Assembly: GCA_021158465.1 (NCBI GenBank)
Contig: JAGGUN010000022.1
Location: 2,808 to 66,807 of the forward strand
Length of the DNA: 64,000 bases
Direction: 5' to 3'
From: a bacterium
GTDB taxonomy: Bacteria > UBP14 > UBA6098 > 4484-93
Positions 39,323 through 48,213 of this stretch are shown one piece after another; position 1 is the stretch's first letter, and every line of letters starts with the position of its first letter. The notes below the pieces were generated by a model. That model did no database searches, was not told where the DNA came from, and saw only the letters and a list, made by a program, of their open reading frames with translations. Position numbers and translations under genes: made by a program.

Positions 39323-40294
39323 GTGGAGAGGACAATTGGAGATATTGGTGAGTTTGGTCTAATTGAGTTTATCAGGGATAGGCTCGGTGAACAGGGGCTT
39401 GTTGTCGATGTTGGGGATGATGCGGCGGTTGTTGCGACGAAGCCGGGTGATTTCGTTGTTGCGACGGTAGACGATATTGTCCAGGATGTTCACTTTACGC
39501 TTGATTATCCTCCTCGCTCTGTCGGGTGGCGGGCGGTTGCATCATCCTCGAGCGATATTGCCGCTATGGGTGGGAAGGCACGGTTCTTCCTCATCTCATT
39601 TGTCGCGCCGGAGGAAACGACATTTTCCTGGTTTCGTCGGTTTCTGAGCGGGGCAACCGATTTTGCCAGGAGGTTCAATCTTGCCCTTGTCGGTGGGAAT
39701 ATATCGAACGGAGGCAGCATCCGCATAAGCACAACGACGCTCGGGACAATCCCTCCGGGGCATATCAAGAGGCGATCTGGTGCGAAGGTCGGAGACATCA
39801 TCTATCTGACAGGTGCTATCGGTGGCTCGCAGGCAGGGAGGATTATTTTTTCCGAGACAAGGAATCCTCGCCTGCGACTTGCAAAAAGGCATCTTTTTCC
39901 TGTTCCACGCCTTGTCGAGGGCAAGATACTGGGAGCTGTATCCGCTGTCTCCGCGATGATAGACATCTCCGATGGTTTCCTGCAAGACCTCGGGCATATT
40001 CTTACCAGCTCCGATGTCGGAGCGTACATCGATATCGATAGTATACCTATATTCCCAGGGGTTGACCGGTTCTGCCGGGAGCGGGGGCTCGAACCGATTG
40101 AATTCGCTCTCTCATCCGGCGAGGAATATGAGCTGATATTCACAGCAGAGGAGAAATACGCCTCTGGTATCGAGGAGGAGATAGGGAGAGAGAAGGTTAT
40201 TCCCATTGGTGAGATAGTTGCAAAGAAAGGGATATTTGCGAAGCGAGGCGGCAAGCTGATAAAACTCTCACACGCAGGCTGGAGACATTTTTGA
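39323..40294 (+). CDS. thiL: Thiamine-phosphate kinase
   Basis: GEFGLI, GDDAA, SDIAAMG, LVGGN, RSGAKVGD, IDISDG, GEEYELIF, GWRHF. Confidence 0.94.
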   Translation: MERTIGDIGEFGLIEFIRDRLGEQGLVVDVGDDAAVVATKPGDFVVATVDDIVQDVHFTLDYPPRSVGWRAVASSSSDIAAMGGKARFFLISFVAPEETTFSWFRRFLSGATDFARRFNLALVGGNISNGGSIRISTTTLGTIPPGHIKRRSGAKVGDIIYLTGAIGGSQAGRIIFSETRNPRLRLAKRHLFPVPRLVEGKILGAVSAVSAMIDISDGFLQDLGHILTSSDVGAYIDIDSIPIFPGVDRFCRERGLEPIEFALSSGEEYELIFTAEEKYASGIEEEIGREKVIPIGEIVAKKGIFAKRGGKLIKLSHAGWRHF

Positions 40295-40344
40295 GCTATC
40301 CTTCTGCGCCGGTGAATTGGAAACCCCAGAATTCCGCTTTTATC

Positions 40345-40373
40345 TTGACAGAGCATCCGATGAACCATATCTT
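40345..40373 (+). promoter_or_regulatory. Promoter upstream of the cassette array (Pc-like position)
   Basis: TTGACA-N17-TATCTT, followed by a TACCTTT-ggaa-AAAGGTA inverted repeat at 40381-40398. Confidence 0.55.
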
Positions 40374-40470
40374 GAAGTCATACCTTTGGAAAAAGGTAAG
40401 TAGAATGCCTGCTGTCGCCTTGAAAAGATTTAAAATATCAAAACTCATTAGCCATTATAGGAGATGAAAA

Positions 40471-41409
40471 ATGGGAGAAAAATATATAAAAATGAAGGAA
40501 GTAACTCACAAAGATTATCTGGAATTTATCAAAGATAAAACATCTGTAATAATCGAAGATGTAGAGATAAAACTTCAAAAGAACTGGAACATAAAATCTT
40601 ATGCTCCACCTAACGATTATACTCCAGAACGAACAACGGTATGGAGCTTCCCTGATCGTGGTGATTGGGCAACCCATAAGGGGAATTATAGAGGGAACTG
40701 GTCTCCATATATACCCAGAAATCTTATTTTGAAATATACTCAGAAAGGGGATTGGGTTCTTGATCAGATGATGGGTAGTGGAACAACTTTGGTAGAAGCA
40801 AAGTTGTTGGAAAGAAATGCTATCGGAGTAGATATAAATCTTGATGCTGTTATGGTAGCGCGAGATCGTTTAAATTTCTCATATAACCCACTTTTCCCTG
40901 AATACAAAGAACCCATAATAAAAACATACTGGGGAGATGCAAGAAATTTAGATAAAATTGATGACGAAAGCATCGACCTCATCGCCGCACATCCACCATA
41001 TGCAAGTATAATATCGTATACAAAAAATAAAAAATTGAGCGATGACCTGTCGCAATTACCATTTGAAGAGTATCTTAAAGGAATGCGAAAAGTGGCTGAG
41101 GAGGTTTTTAGAGTATTAAAACCCGGTAAAATATGTGCAATCCTGATAGGAGATACAAGAAAACACAAGCACTATGTGCCTATTGCTTTTAGGGTTATGC
41201 AAGCATTTCTTGATGTAGGCTTTATTCTGAAAGAAGATCTTATTAAACTGCAGTGGAATATGAAAAGCACGAGAGAAAGGTGGCGCGCAAAGGAGTATGA
41301 GTTTTATCTCATCGCTCACGAGCATATCTTTGTTTTTAGAAAACCGGAGAGTGAGAAAGAATATAAAAAATACAAATTTAGCGTGAGGTGGAGGAATGGA
41401 AATAAATGA
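40471..41409 (+). CDS. SAM-dependent amino (N4-C/N6-A) DNA methyltransferase, TRM11-like family
   Basis: Motif I VLDQMMGSGTT precedes motif IV HPPY; ILIGDTR; HEHIFVFRK. Confidence 0.85.
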   Translation: MGEKYIKMKEVTHKDYLEFIKDKTSVIIEDVEIKLQKNWNIKSYAPPNDYTPERTTVWSFPDRGDWATHKGNYRGNWSPYIPRNLILKYTQKGDWVLDQMMGSGTTLVEAKLLERNAIGVDINLDAVMVARDRLNFSYNPLFPEYKEPIIKTYWGDARNLDKIDDESIDLIAAHPPYASIISYTKNKKLSDDLSQLPFEEYLKGMRKVAEEVFRVLKPGKICAILIGDTRKHKHYVPIAFRVMQAFLDVGFILKEDLIKLQWNMKSTRERWRAKEYEFYLIAHEHIFVFRKPESEKEYKKYKFSVRWRNGNK

Positions 41410-41959
41410 TCTCAAAGAGCTTATGACATTCAGAAGTCAAGGTGAAATTAGAAGACCTATAAGTGTAATAAAGGTGAATGATAATTTCATTTTGGCAATA
41501 TACAAGGGAAGAAAAGGACCAGCAGATATTCTAATCAGATATAGACAAAAGTTGAAAAATGGTGAATGGTCAAACATCAGAACGCCCAAGCATATTCATT
41601 GGACAGTAGATATTTTAATAAAAATGTTTCAAGAAGAGCATTTAACAAAACAATTCATAGACGAACTGATGAAAATTTGGAAAAAGGAAATCCAACCTAT
41701 GACTCAAAATGAGAGAGATAGACTTGAATTAGATGAATTGTTAAACTATGATAAAGAGACTCTTGAGCGATTTAGGGAGCTTAGTAAATATGGTGAATAT
41801 AATGTAAGATTTCTTTTATTGCTCGCAAAATTGCTAATGCTTCAGGAGAGAACAAATTATCCAGAAGGACAATTATTTCAAACCCTGTTAAAAAAGTTGA
41901 AACAAGGGGAAGATATTTTCAGTATTTTGCAAACAGCAACTCTAAGGAGGTTAAGATAA
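41396..41959 (+). CDS. Hypothetical protein coupled to the methyltransferase (candidate restriction/defence effector)
   Basis: 14-nt overlap with the MTase, GGAGG SD; RTPKHIHW and QERTNY motifs; no family recognised. Confidence 0.7.
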   Translation: MEINDLKELMTFRSQGEIRRPISVIKVNDNFILAIYKGRKGPADILIRYRQKLKNGEWSNIRTPKHIHWTVDILIKMFQEEHLTKQFIDELMKIWKKEIQPMTQNERDRLELDELLNYDKETLERFRELSKYGEYNVRFLLLLAKLLMLQERTNYPEGQLFQTLLKKLKQGEDIFSILQTATLRRLR

Positions 41960-42016
41960 GATGTTCGGCGATGGTAGGCACTCTGAGGTGCTTTGCACCT
42001 TGCCCCTATTCGGGTC

Positions 42017-42095
42017 ACTTAACACGGGCTATACGGTTCACTTCGTTCGCCCAAATCGGCTTACGCCGACTTCGTATAGCCCGATACCGTTATTT
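42017..42095 (+). repeat. attC site 1
   Basis: R'' ACTTAAC (fits RYYYAAC), 11-bp perfect stem CGGGCTATACG/CGTATAGCCCG, inner hairpin TCGGC-ttac-GCCGA, R' GTTATTT. Confidence 0.8.
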
Positions 42096-42129
42096 GCAAT
42101 GTGCATTATGATGAAAGAGATGTGAGATA

Positions 42130-42621
42130 ATGAAAACCGAGGTGGGAGAATATATTGTAGGTGCATACTTGAAGATCATCAAAGGATGTGATTTTGTCGA
42201 TTATAATGTTAGACCCCCAGGTGGTGGACTCGAAGGGTTAAATGAATTAGATGTTGTGGGATTAGATTTCAAAAATAGAATCGCTTATCTATGCGAGGTC
42301 ACTACTCATATAAGGGGGCTTCTATATAAAGATAACAAAACTACTGTCGAGAGAATAAAAACAAAATACGACAAACAGAAAAAATATGCCGATAAATACC
42401 TTTCGGATTTTCCTAATCGGTATTTCATGTTCTGGTCGCCAGTCGTCCCTAAAGGTTATATTACTAGCGAGCTCGAAAAAATTGATGGACTAGAGTTAGT
42501 CATTAATGAAAAATATGCACGATGCATAGATGAATTAAGAGAAAAAGCAAAAGAACTCACTAATGATGTTGGAAATCCATTTTTCAGGATGCTTCAAATA
42601 TTAGAACATTTGAGGAAATAA
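42130..42621 (+). CDS. Cassette-encoded hypothetical protein, probable PD-(D/E)XK nuclease-like fold
   Basis: N-terminal GE..V..YL helix, NELDVVG and LCEVTTH spacing like (P)D...ExK cores; flanked by attC sites. Confidence 0.6.
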   Translation: MKTEVGEYIVGAYLKIIKGCDFVDYNVRPPGGGLEGLNELDVVGLDFKNRIAYLCEVTTHIRGLLYKDNKTTVERIKTKYDKQKKYADKYLSDFPNRYFMFWSPVVPKGYITSELEKIDGLELVINEKYARCIDELREKAKELTNDVGNPFFRMLQILEHLRK

Positions 42622-42638
42622 TAGAGTATGCACACAGC

Positions 42639-42726
42639 AGATAACAGAGCGCATCTGGCTACGGTGCTTCGCATCTCTGCCCAAATCCTGCTTCGTAGGA
42701 CTTCAGATACGCTCGGAACGTTTGGT
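42639..42726 (+). repeat. attC site 2
   Basis: R'' AGATAAC, stem GAGCGCATCTG/CAGATACGCTC, GCCCAAATC..GACTTC core shared with site 1, R' GTTTGGT. Confidence 0.78.
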
Positions 42727-42773
42727 GGCATCGCGGTTTTGAGTTTAAAGGAAGAAATAAAAGGAGGAATAAA

Positions 42774-43346
42774 ATGGCTCTAAAGCCTCCCAGCAGATTG
42801 GTCAAGACCGTTCGGGAGCTGATATATTGGCTATATGCTGAACTTATAGCAAGAGCTGCAGGTTTTGAAGGTAACTATGGGTTTGTGATTTCCCGCTATA
42901 AGAAACTAAAATCTGGAGAAATGAAATGGTCATCGTCTATACGGGACCGTCAGAAGGAATGGGAGAAAGGCAAAGTGTGTGTATATTGTGGTGCAACGAA
43001 AAACCTTACTATAGACCATATAATCCCCGTCTCCAGGGCAGGTGTAGACCCAAGAGTAAGAAACCTTTTAGATTCGTCGGACAACTGCGTTTGGGCGTGT
43101 AAGAAATGCAATAGCAGCAAGGGCGATCGTGATATCTTTGAGTGGTATGGCAAGGAACGTGTAGACGAAATTCCCAAGCTTGTAATTTCAAAATTTTTAA
43201 AGATATCATACAAGTTGCATGAAACTCAAGGCACCCTTGATTTGGAGGATCCAAATATGGATGGCGTTCTGGATATCTACGATTTGGGGGTTGTAATCAC
43301 TCACTTGATTTCTAAATTATCTGTGGAACCGGGGAAAAAGGTTTAG
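42774..43346 (+). CDS. HNH endonuclease
   Basis: CVYCG...TIDHIIP.SRAG...N.VWACKKCNSSKG; AGGAGG SD. Confidence 0.88.
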   Translation: MALKPPSRLVKTVRELIYWLYAELIARAAGFEGNYGFVISRYKKLKSGEMKWSSSIRDRQKEWEKGKVCVYCGATKNLTIDHIIPVSRAGVDPRVRNLLDSSDNCVWACKKCNSSKGDRDIFEWYGKERVDEIPKLVISKFLKISYKLHETQGTLDLEDPNMDGVLDIYDLGVVITHLISKLSVEPGKKV

Positions 43347-43485
43347 ATTCTTTACGCACGACTTTCCAGCGTCTCCATGAGTGATTGCAATGAGTCAGTG
43401 TGAGGCTTTGTCTTTGTGAGACTGAAATTGAGAGATAGTGGCATCACCATCCGCACCGTGCGGAGATTACATCAATAAAAAAATT

Positions 43486-43558
43486 TGGAGCTTACGGGGT
43501 TCGAACCCGTGACCTCTTGTCTGCCAGACAAGTGCTCTCCCAGCTGAGCTAAAGCCCC
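43486..43558 (-). tRNA. tRNA-Ala (GGC)
   Basis: GGGGCTTTAGCTCAGCTGGGAGAGCA-CTTGT-CTGGCAG-ACAAG-AGGTCACGGGTTCGAACCCCGTAAGCTCCA; G3:U70 pair; CCA not encoded. Confidence 0.96.
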
Positions 43559-43571
43559 AAACCGAAAATTT

Positions 43572-43599
43572 AATATATCAATTTTTCGCAGAAAATCAA
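43572..43599 (-). promoter_or_regulatory. Promoter for tRNA-Ala
   Basis: TTGATT-N16-TATATT. Confidence 0.5.
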
Positions 43600-43608
43600 G
43601 AGGAAAAT

Positions 43609-44862
43609 TTATGTGTTCATCGACTGGAGGAACTGCTTGTTGTTCTTGGTCTTGGTTATCTTCTCGAGCAGGAACTCCATCGCCTCTACCGGGTTCATAT
43701 CGGATAGGATTTTTCTCAAAAGCCATACGCGTTTCAGCACATCCTTGGGTAGAAGGAGTTCTTCTTTTCTCGTTCCTGAGCGGTTGATATTGATTGCTGG
43801 GAATACCCTTCGGTCGGATAGTCTGCGGTCGAGTAGGATTTCCATATTCCCCGTTCCCTTGAACTCCTCGAATATTACCTCGTCCATTCGTGAGCCGGTC
43901 TCGATTAGTGCCGTTGCGATGATGGTAAGTGAGCCTCCTTGCTCGATATTTCTGGCAGCACCGAAGAACCGCTTTGGTCCGCGGAGTGCATTCGAATCGA
44001 TGCCGCCCGTCAGTATCTTCCCGCTGTGTGGAACGACAGTATTGTATGCCCTTGCAAGCCTGGTTATGCTGTCTAAGAGTATCACCACATCGAACCTCTG
44101 CTCGGTCAACCTCTTTGCCTTCTCAAGCACAATCTCCGCCACATGCACATGCCTGTCTGGTGGTTCGTCGAATGTTGATGATATAATCTCTGCGTCGACC
44201 GTTCGCTTCATATCAGTTACCTCCTCGGGGCGCTCGTCAATCAGAAGCACAATGAGGATAGCCTCCGGATGATTTTTTAGGATGCTGTTTGCTATCTTCT
44301 GGAGGAGCACGGTCTTCCCGGCTTTCGGCGGTGAGACGATGAGTCCACGCTGTCCGAACCCGATGGGTGTCAGGAGGTCCATAATCCGCATCGAAGGGTC
44401 GTTATTATCGCTCCGCTCAAGCTGTATCTTCCTCTGGGGATACAGTGGTGTTAGGTTATCGAACAATATCCTGTTTTTTGCCGCTTCGGGGTCAACGAAG
44501 TTCACCTTTTCTACATGGAGGAGTGCAAAGTACCGTTCTCCCTCCTTTGGTGGGCGGATGTTCCCGGATACTGTATCACCGACCTTCAGGTCGAAGCGCT
44601 TTATCTGCGATGGCGAGATGTATATATCATCAGGTCCGGGAAGGTAGTTGTAGAGTGGGGAACGCAGGAATCCATATCCTTCGGGCATAATGTCCAGTAC
44701 ACCTTCGCCGATAATCACCCCGTTGTTTTTCGTTTCTGCCTCAAGGATCCGGTAGATGAGGTCCTGCCTCGGGAGTGTGGATGGATTCTCCACTCCCAGC
44801 CCCTTTGCAAGCTCCATTAGTTCCTGGATACCCTTGGATTTGACCTCCGTCAGATTGATCAT
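43609..44862 (-). CDS. rho: Transcription termination factor Rho
   Basis: [68 protein letters not shown]. Confidence 0.97.
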   Translation of the reverse strand: MINLTEVKSKGIQELMELAKGLGVENPSTLPRQDLIYRILEAETKNNGVIIGEGVLDIMPEGYGFLRSPLYNYLPGPDDIYISPSQIKRFDLKVGDTVSGNIRPPKEGERYFALLHVEKVNFVDPEAAKNRILFDNLTPLYPQRKIQLERSDNNDPSMRIMDLLTPIGFGQRGLIVSPPKAGKTVLLQKIANSILKNHPEAILIVLLIDERPEEVTDMKRTVDAEIISSTFDEPPDRHVHVAEIVLEKAKRLTEQRFDVVILLDSITRLARAYNTVVPHSGKILTGGIDSNALRGPKRFFGAARNIEQGGSLTIIATALIETGSRMDEVIFEEFKGTGNMEILLDRRLSDRRVFPAININRSGTRKEELLLPKDVLKRVWLLRKILSDMNPVEAMEFLLEKITKTKNNKQFLQSMNT

Positions 44863-45707
44863 TGATTAACCCCTTTTAAGATTTTAATTTCATTGAGTGC
44901 TTTCTCTGCAAGTTCCTTTGAGGGGGCTTTGCCGTGCCATTCTACTGCGTCCTCCATAAAGGAAACACCCTTGCCTTTTATCGTTTTTGCGATGATAGCA
45001 ACTGGCTTTCTCTCTATTCTCTTTGCTTTGTTGAATGCGGAGAGTATCTGTTCGTAGTTGTGCCCATCTATAGTTATCGTCTCCCATTGGAACGCCTTGA
45101 ACTTTTCATCGATTGGGTAGATATTCTTTACCTCTGGTAGGTGTCCGTCTATCTGGAGGTTGTTGTTGTCCACGATGGCATAGAGGTTATCGAGTTTGTA
45201 GTGTCCGGCGGTTGCGGCTGCCTCCCAAACCTGACCTTCCTCAAGCTCGCCATCTCCGAGGATGCAGAAGACCTGTGATGACTTCTTTCTAACATATTTT
45301 AGACCGATAGCGGCGCCTGTTGCAACTGATAGCCCTTGTCCGAGTGAGCCAGACGAAACCTCAATCCCGGGGAGCCCCTTGTCCTTTGCTGGATGCCCTT
45401 GGAGGCGAGAGCCAAGTTTACGAAGGGTCAAAAGTTCCTCCACGGGAAAGTATCCGCTCCTTGCAAGGACAGAGTAGAGCGCTGGACAGGCGTGTCCTTT
45501 GGATAGTATCACTATGTCCCTGTCCTCCCAGTTAGGGTTGTCCGGTTTGTGCCTCAGCACCGAGAAGTAAAGCACTACCAGAACATCTGTAATGGAGAGC
45601 GATCCTCCTGGATGTCCAGAACGGGCTTCTTTTGTCATGCGGATGATGTCCGATCGAACGGCTCGAGCAATTTGTTTTAGCTTACCGATGTCATTTATTC
45701 TTTCCAA
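44859..45707 (-). CDS. Transketolase N-terminal (TPP-binding) subunit
   Basis: [49 protein letters not shown]; 282 aa split form. Confidence 0.92.
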   Translation of the reverse strand: MERINDIGKLKQIARAVRSDIIRMTKEARSGHPGGSLSITDVLVVLYFSVLRHKPDNPNWEDRDIVILSKGHACPALYSVLARSGYFPVEELLTLRKLGSRLQGHPAKDKGLPGIEVSSGSLGQGLSVATGAAIGLKYVRKKSSQVFCILGDGELEEGQVWEAAATAGHYKLDNLYAIVDNNNLQIDGHLPEVKNIYPIDEKFKAFQWETITIDGHNYEQILSAFNKAKRIERKPVAIIAKTIKGKGVSFMEDAVEWHGKAPSKELAEKALNEIKILKGVNQ

Positions 45708-45716
45708 ATCTCCTCC

Positions 45717-48140
45717 TTACAGCAGGTTCACTGGATCGACATCCACCTTGATTTTTACCCGTCGAGGGGTATTCTTTACTGCGAGCTTAAGGATCTCGAG
45801 GGTTCCAAAGATTGAGCAGGTCTTAATAAGGAAGTTCCAGCGGAACTTCCCTCGCAGTTTCTCAATATGTGCCGGTGCTGGACCGATTATATTTAGCTGT
45901 ATGTTGCCTTCTTTGGCGAGTCGGTTAACCCTTTTCCTTATTTCCCAGATTGTGTCTCTCACGAGTGAGCTCTCTTTCCCTGACGCTATAACCCGTATTA
46001 TCCTGACGAACGGAGGATAGGATAGCTCCTTTCTTTCCTTTATTTCTCTTTTGTAGAACTGCTCGTAGTCTTGTTTGAGCGCAAACTGTATAGGAGATGC
46101 ATCTGGGTAATATGTCTGTATAATAACCTCGCCTTTGTTGTTTGTTCTGCCTGCTCTGCCTGCTACCTGTGTTAAGAGCTGGAATGTTCTCTCCGATGCC
46201 CGGAAGTCTGGGAAGTTCAGTCCTGTATCAGCGGAGATGACTCCGACAAGCGCGACATTGGGGATATCAAGCCCTTTTGATACCATCTGTGTTCCTATGA
46301 GCACCGCGCCTGGGGTCTCCATAAACTGTTTGAGAGACTCGGCGGGGGAGTTCTGCTCTCTTGAGGTGTCGTGGTCGAGCCTGATTACAGGAATGTCCTC
46401 GAGTAGACTCTGGAGGTCTCGCTCAACCCTCTCTGTTCCACGCCCCTTCAGCCGAATATTCTCATACCTACACTCAGGGCATCTTTCAGGTGCTTGCTTT
46501 TTGTATCCGCACCAATGACAAACGAGTTCGTAGTTCTTAATATGGTATGTCAGCGGTATGTCACAGTTGGGGCACTTGTCGGTCCAGCCGCAGTTGGGGC
46601 ACTGAATGTAGCTGGCGTATCCACGCCGGTTGAGAAGGAGAATGGTATTCTTCCCAGCCTTCCAGTTCTTGATGATCTTCTCCTTCAGGTAGGTCGAGAA
46701 TGAGTTGAAGTTTTTGTTCTCGCGCTCTGCCTTCATATCAACTATGGTCACATCCGGTAGTTTGCTTCCTGGCACCCTTTCCGGCAGGCGAAGCAGGGTA
46801 TACTTTCCTGTTTGGGCGTTGCGGAAGCTCTCGATAGATGGGGTAGCGGAGCCGAGGATAACGGTGGCGTTGGCGAATTTTCCCCTAACAACGGCGACAT
46901 CCCTTGCGTTATAGTATGGCTGAGGCTCCTCCTGCTTGTACGACGGTTCGTGTTCCTCATCGACTATGATAAGACCGAGCTTGTCGAGCGGTGCGAAGAT
47001 AGCCGAACGTGCGCCAAGAACTATTCTTGTATTCCCCTCGCGTATGCTCCTCCAGATGTCATACCTCTGTGAATCGGGCATCTGTGAGTGCCAGACAGCG
47101 ACATTCTCCCCAAACCTTGCACGAAGTCTGCCCCAAAGCTGAGGTGTCAGCGATATCTCTGGAACAAGTATCAACACACTTTTCCCCTTTACAAGAACCC
47201 TCTCCATAGCGCGGAGATATATCTCTGTCTTGCCGCTGCCAGTTATGCCGAAGAGTAAAAATGTCTCGAATCCACCCGAATCGATGCTCTCTGCTATCCT
47301 CTCGAGCGCCTTTTCCTGATGGGTAGTGAGCTTGAAATTCTGTTTCTTCTCTTCCAACCAGCCATTGGTTGGTATCCTCTGGACCTCAACAGGGACAACC
47401 GTTGCCAGTTTCTTCGCCAGAAGCCCTCTATAGGCTGAGTCTCCATACTCGGCGCTTATCTTTGTAAGCGGAAATTTCTCGTCGGGATGGGCATAGAGGA
47501 ATTCAAGAAGTTCCCTTCGCTTGCTCTTGCGCTTGAGGTGTGCCCGAATTATCTCCTCGAGCGGGGTTTCCTTTACCTCAGGCGAGATTGTTATATGTTT
47601 CTCTATATGTGGTTTTATCCGTTCCTTCTTCCGGATGGTTCTCTCGATGTATCCGTTGTCTATAAGAGCCTGTAGATTGAAGTTCAAGTTTGGCTTGTTT
47701 ACGAGTTTTCTTAACTCACTGAGGCTGATTTTTGCCCTGTTTGAGAGGATGTTGACAATCTTTTTCTGGATGCTATTGAGCTTCCCTTCAGGAACGGATA
47801 TGAGGCGGAGGGTTATCTCACTTTCGATATGCACAGATGCTGGCAGAGCAGATTTCAGCACTAGTCCAAGAGGTGTAAAGTAGTATCTTGCTACCCACTC
47901 AGATAAATTCATTATCTCCTCTGTGAAGGCAGGGAACGGTTCAACAATGTCCACGATGGATCGGAGCGGGATACCGATCTTTTTGTTTGATGTCCTGATG
48001 ACATATCCTATCCTATACCCTTTTCCGACCGGTACAAGGACGCGGGACCCTCTTTTTACAATTTCCCTTATCTGTCCGGGAATGCTGTAGGTGAAACTCT
48101 TGTCTACTGGAGCCAGTAGAACTACATCAGCATATTTCAT
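45717..48140 (-). CDS. priA: Primosomal protein N' (PriA helicase)
   Basis: GITGSGKTE.Y, LVPEISLTPQ, DEEHE.SYKQ, SATPS, four CxxC motifs, KGLD.P, QVAGRAGR. Confidence 0.96.
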   Translation of the reverse strand: MKYADVVLLAPVDKSFTYSIPGQIREIVKRGSRVLVPVGKGYRIGYVIRTSNKKIGIPLRSIVDIVEPFPAFTEEIMNLSEWVARYYFTPLGLVLKSALPASVHIESEITLRLISVPEGKLNSIQKKIVNILSNRAKISLSELRKLVNKPNLNFNLQALIDNGYIERTIRKKERIKPHIEKHITISPEVKETPLEEIIRAHLKRKSKRRELLEFLYAHPDEKFPLTKISAEYGDSAYRGLLAKKLATVVPVEVQRIPTNGWLEEKKQNFKLTTHQEKALERIAESIDSGGFETFLLFGITGSGKTEIYLRAMERVLVKGKSVLILVPEISLTPQLWGRLRARFGENVAVWHSQMPDSQRYDIWRSIREGNTRIVLGARSAIFAPLDKLGLIIVDEEHEPSYKQEEPQPYYNARDVAVVRGKFANATVILGSATPSIESFRNAQTGKYTLLRLPERVPGSKLPDVTIVDMKAERENKNFNSFSTYLKEKIIKNWKAGKNTILLLNRRGYASYIQCPNCGWTDKCPNCDIPLTYHIKNYELVCHWCGYKKQAPERCPECRYENIRLKGRGTERVERDLQSLLEDIPVIRLDHDTSREQNSPAESLKQFMETPGAVLIGTQMVSKGLDIPNVALVGVISADTGLNFPDFRASERTFQLLTQVAGRAGRTNNKGEVIIQTYYPDASPIQFALKQDYEQFYKREIKERKELSYPPFVRIIRVIASGKESSLVRDTIWEIRKRVNRLAKEGNIQLNIIGPAPAHIEKLRGKFRWNFLIKTCSIFGTLEILKLAVKNTPRRVKIKVDVDPVNLL

Positions 48141-48185
48141 ATCCTGCCGTTATGGGGTGTTGGGAGAACCAAAGGAGTTAAAGTA

Positions 48186-48213
48186 AGTATAACAAATTAT
48201 CTTCGATTGTCAA
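48186..48213 (-). promoter_or_regulatory. Promoter for priA-transketolase-rho
   Basis: TTGACA-N16-TATACT with extended TGn; the -35 overlaps the antiporter stop. Confidence 0.55.

Larger units (their letters stand above)
40400..43480 (+). mobile_element. AT-rich integron gene-cassette array lacking integrase (CALIN) between thiL and tRNA-Ala
   Basis: Visibly lower GC than the flanks, four co-oriented genes, two attC sites, no intI in the window; boundaries approximate. Confidence 0.75.

Noticed and set aside
40438-40456. attI-like sequence (TCAAAACTCATTAGCC) ahead of the MTase
   Set aside because: The core reads ATT rather than GTT and does not complement the R'' of attC1; too weak to call.
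42017-42726. CRISPR-like repeats
   Set aside because: Only two imperfect palindromic units separated by a whole gene; they fit attC, and there are no spacers or cas genes.
43450-43466. Hairpin TCCGCAC-c-GTGCGGA as a third attC or terminator
   Set aside because: No AAC/GTT cores, a very small loop and no adjacent T-tract.
40295-43558. Prophage/ICE integrated at tRNA-Ala with att duplication
   Set aside because: No convincing duplicate of the tRNA 3' end at the thiL side and no integrase; attC sites explain the island better.
43472-43726. 84-aa ORF across the tRNA
   Set aside because: Spurious translation through the rho 3' end and tRNA-Ala.
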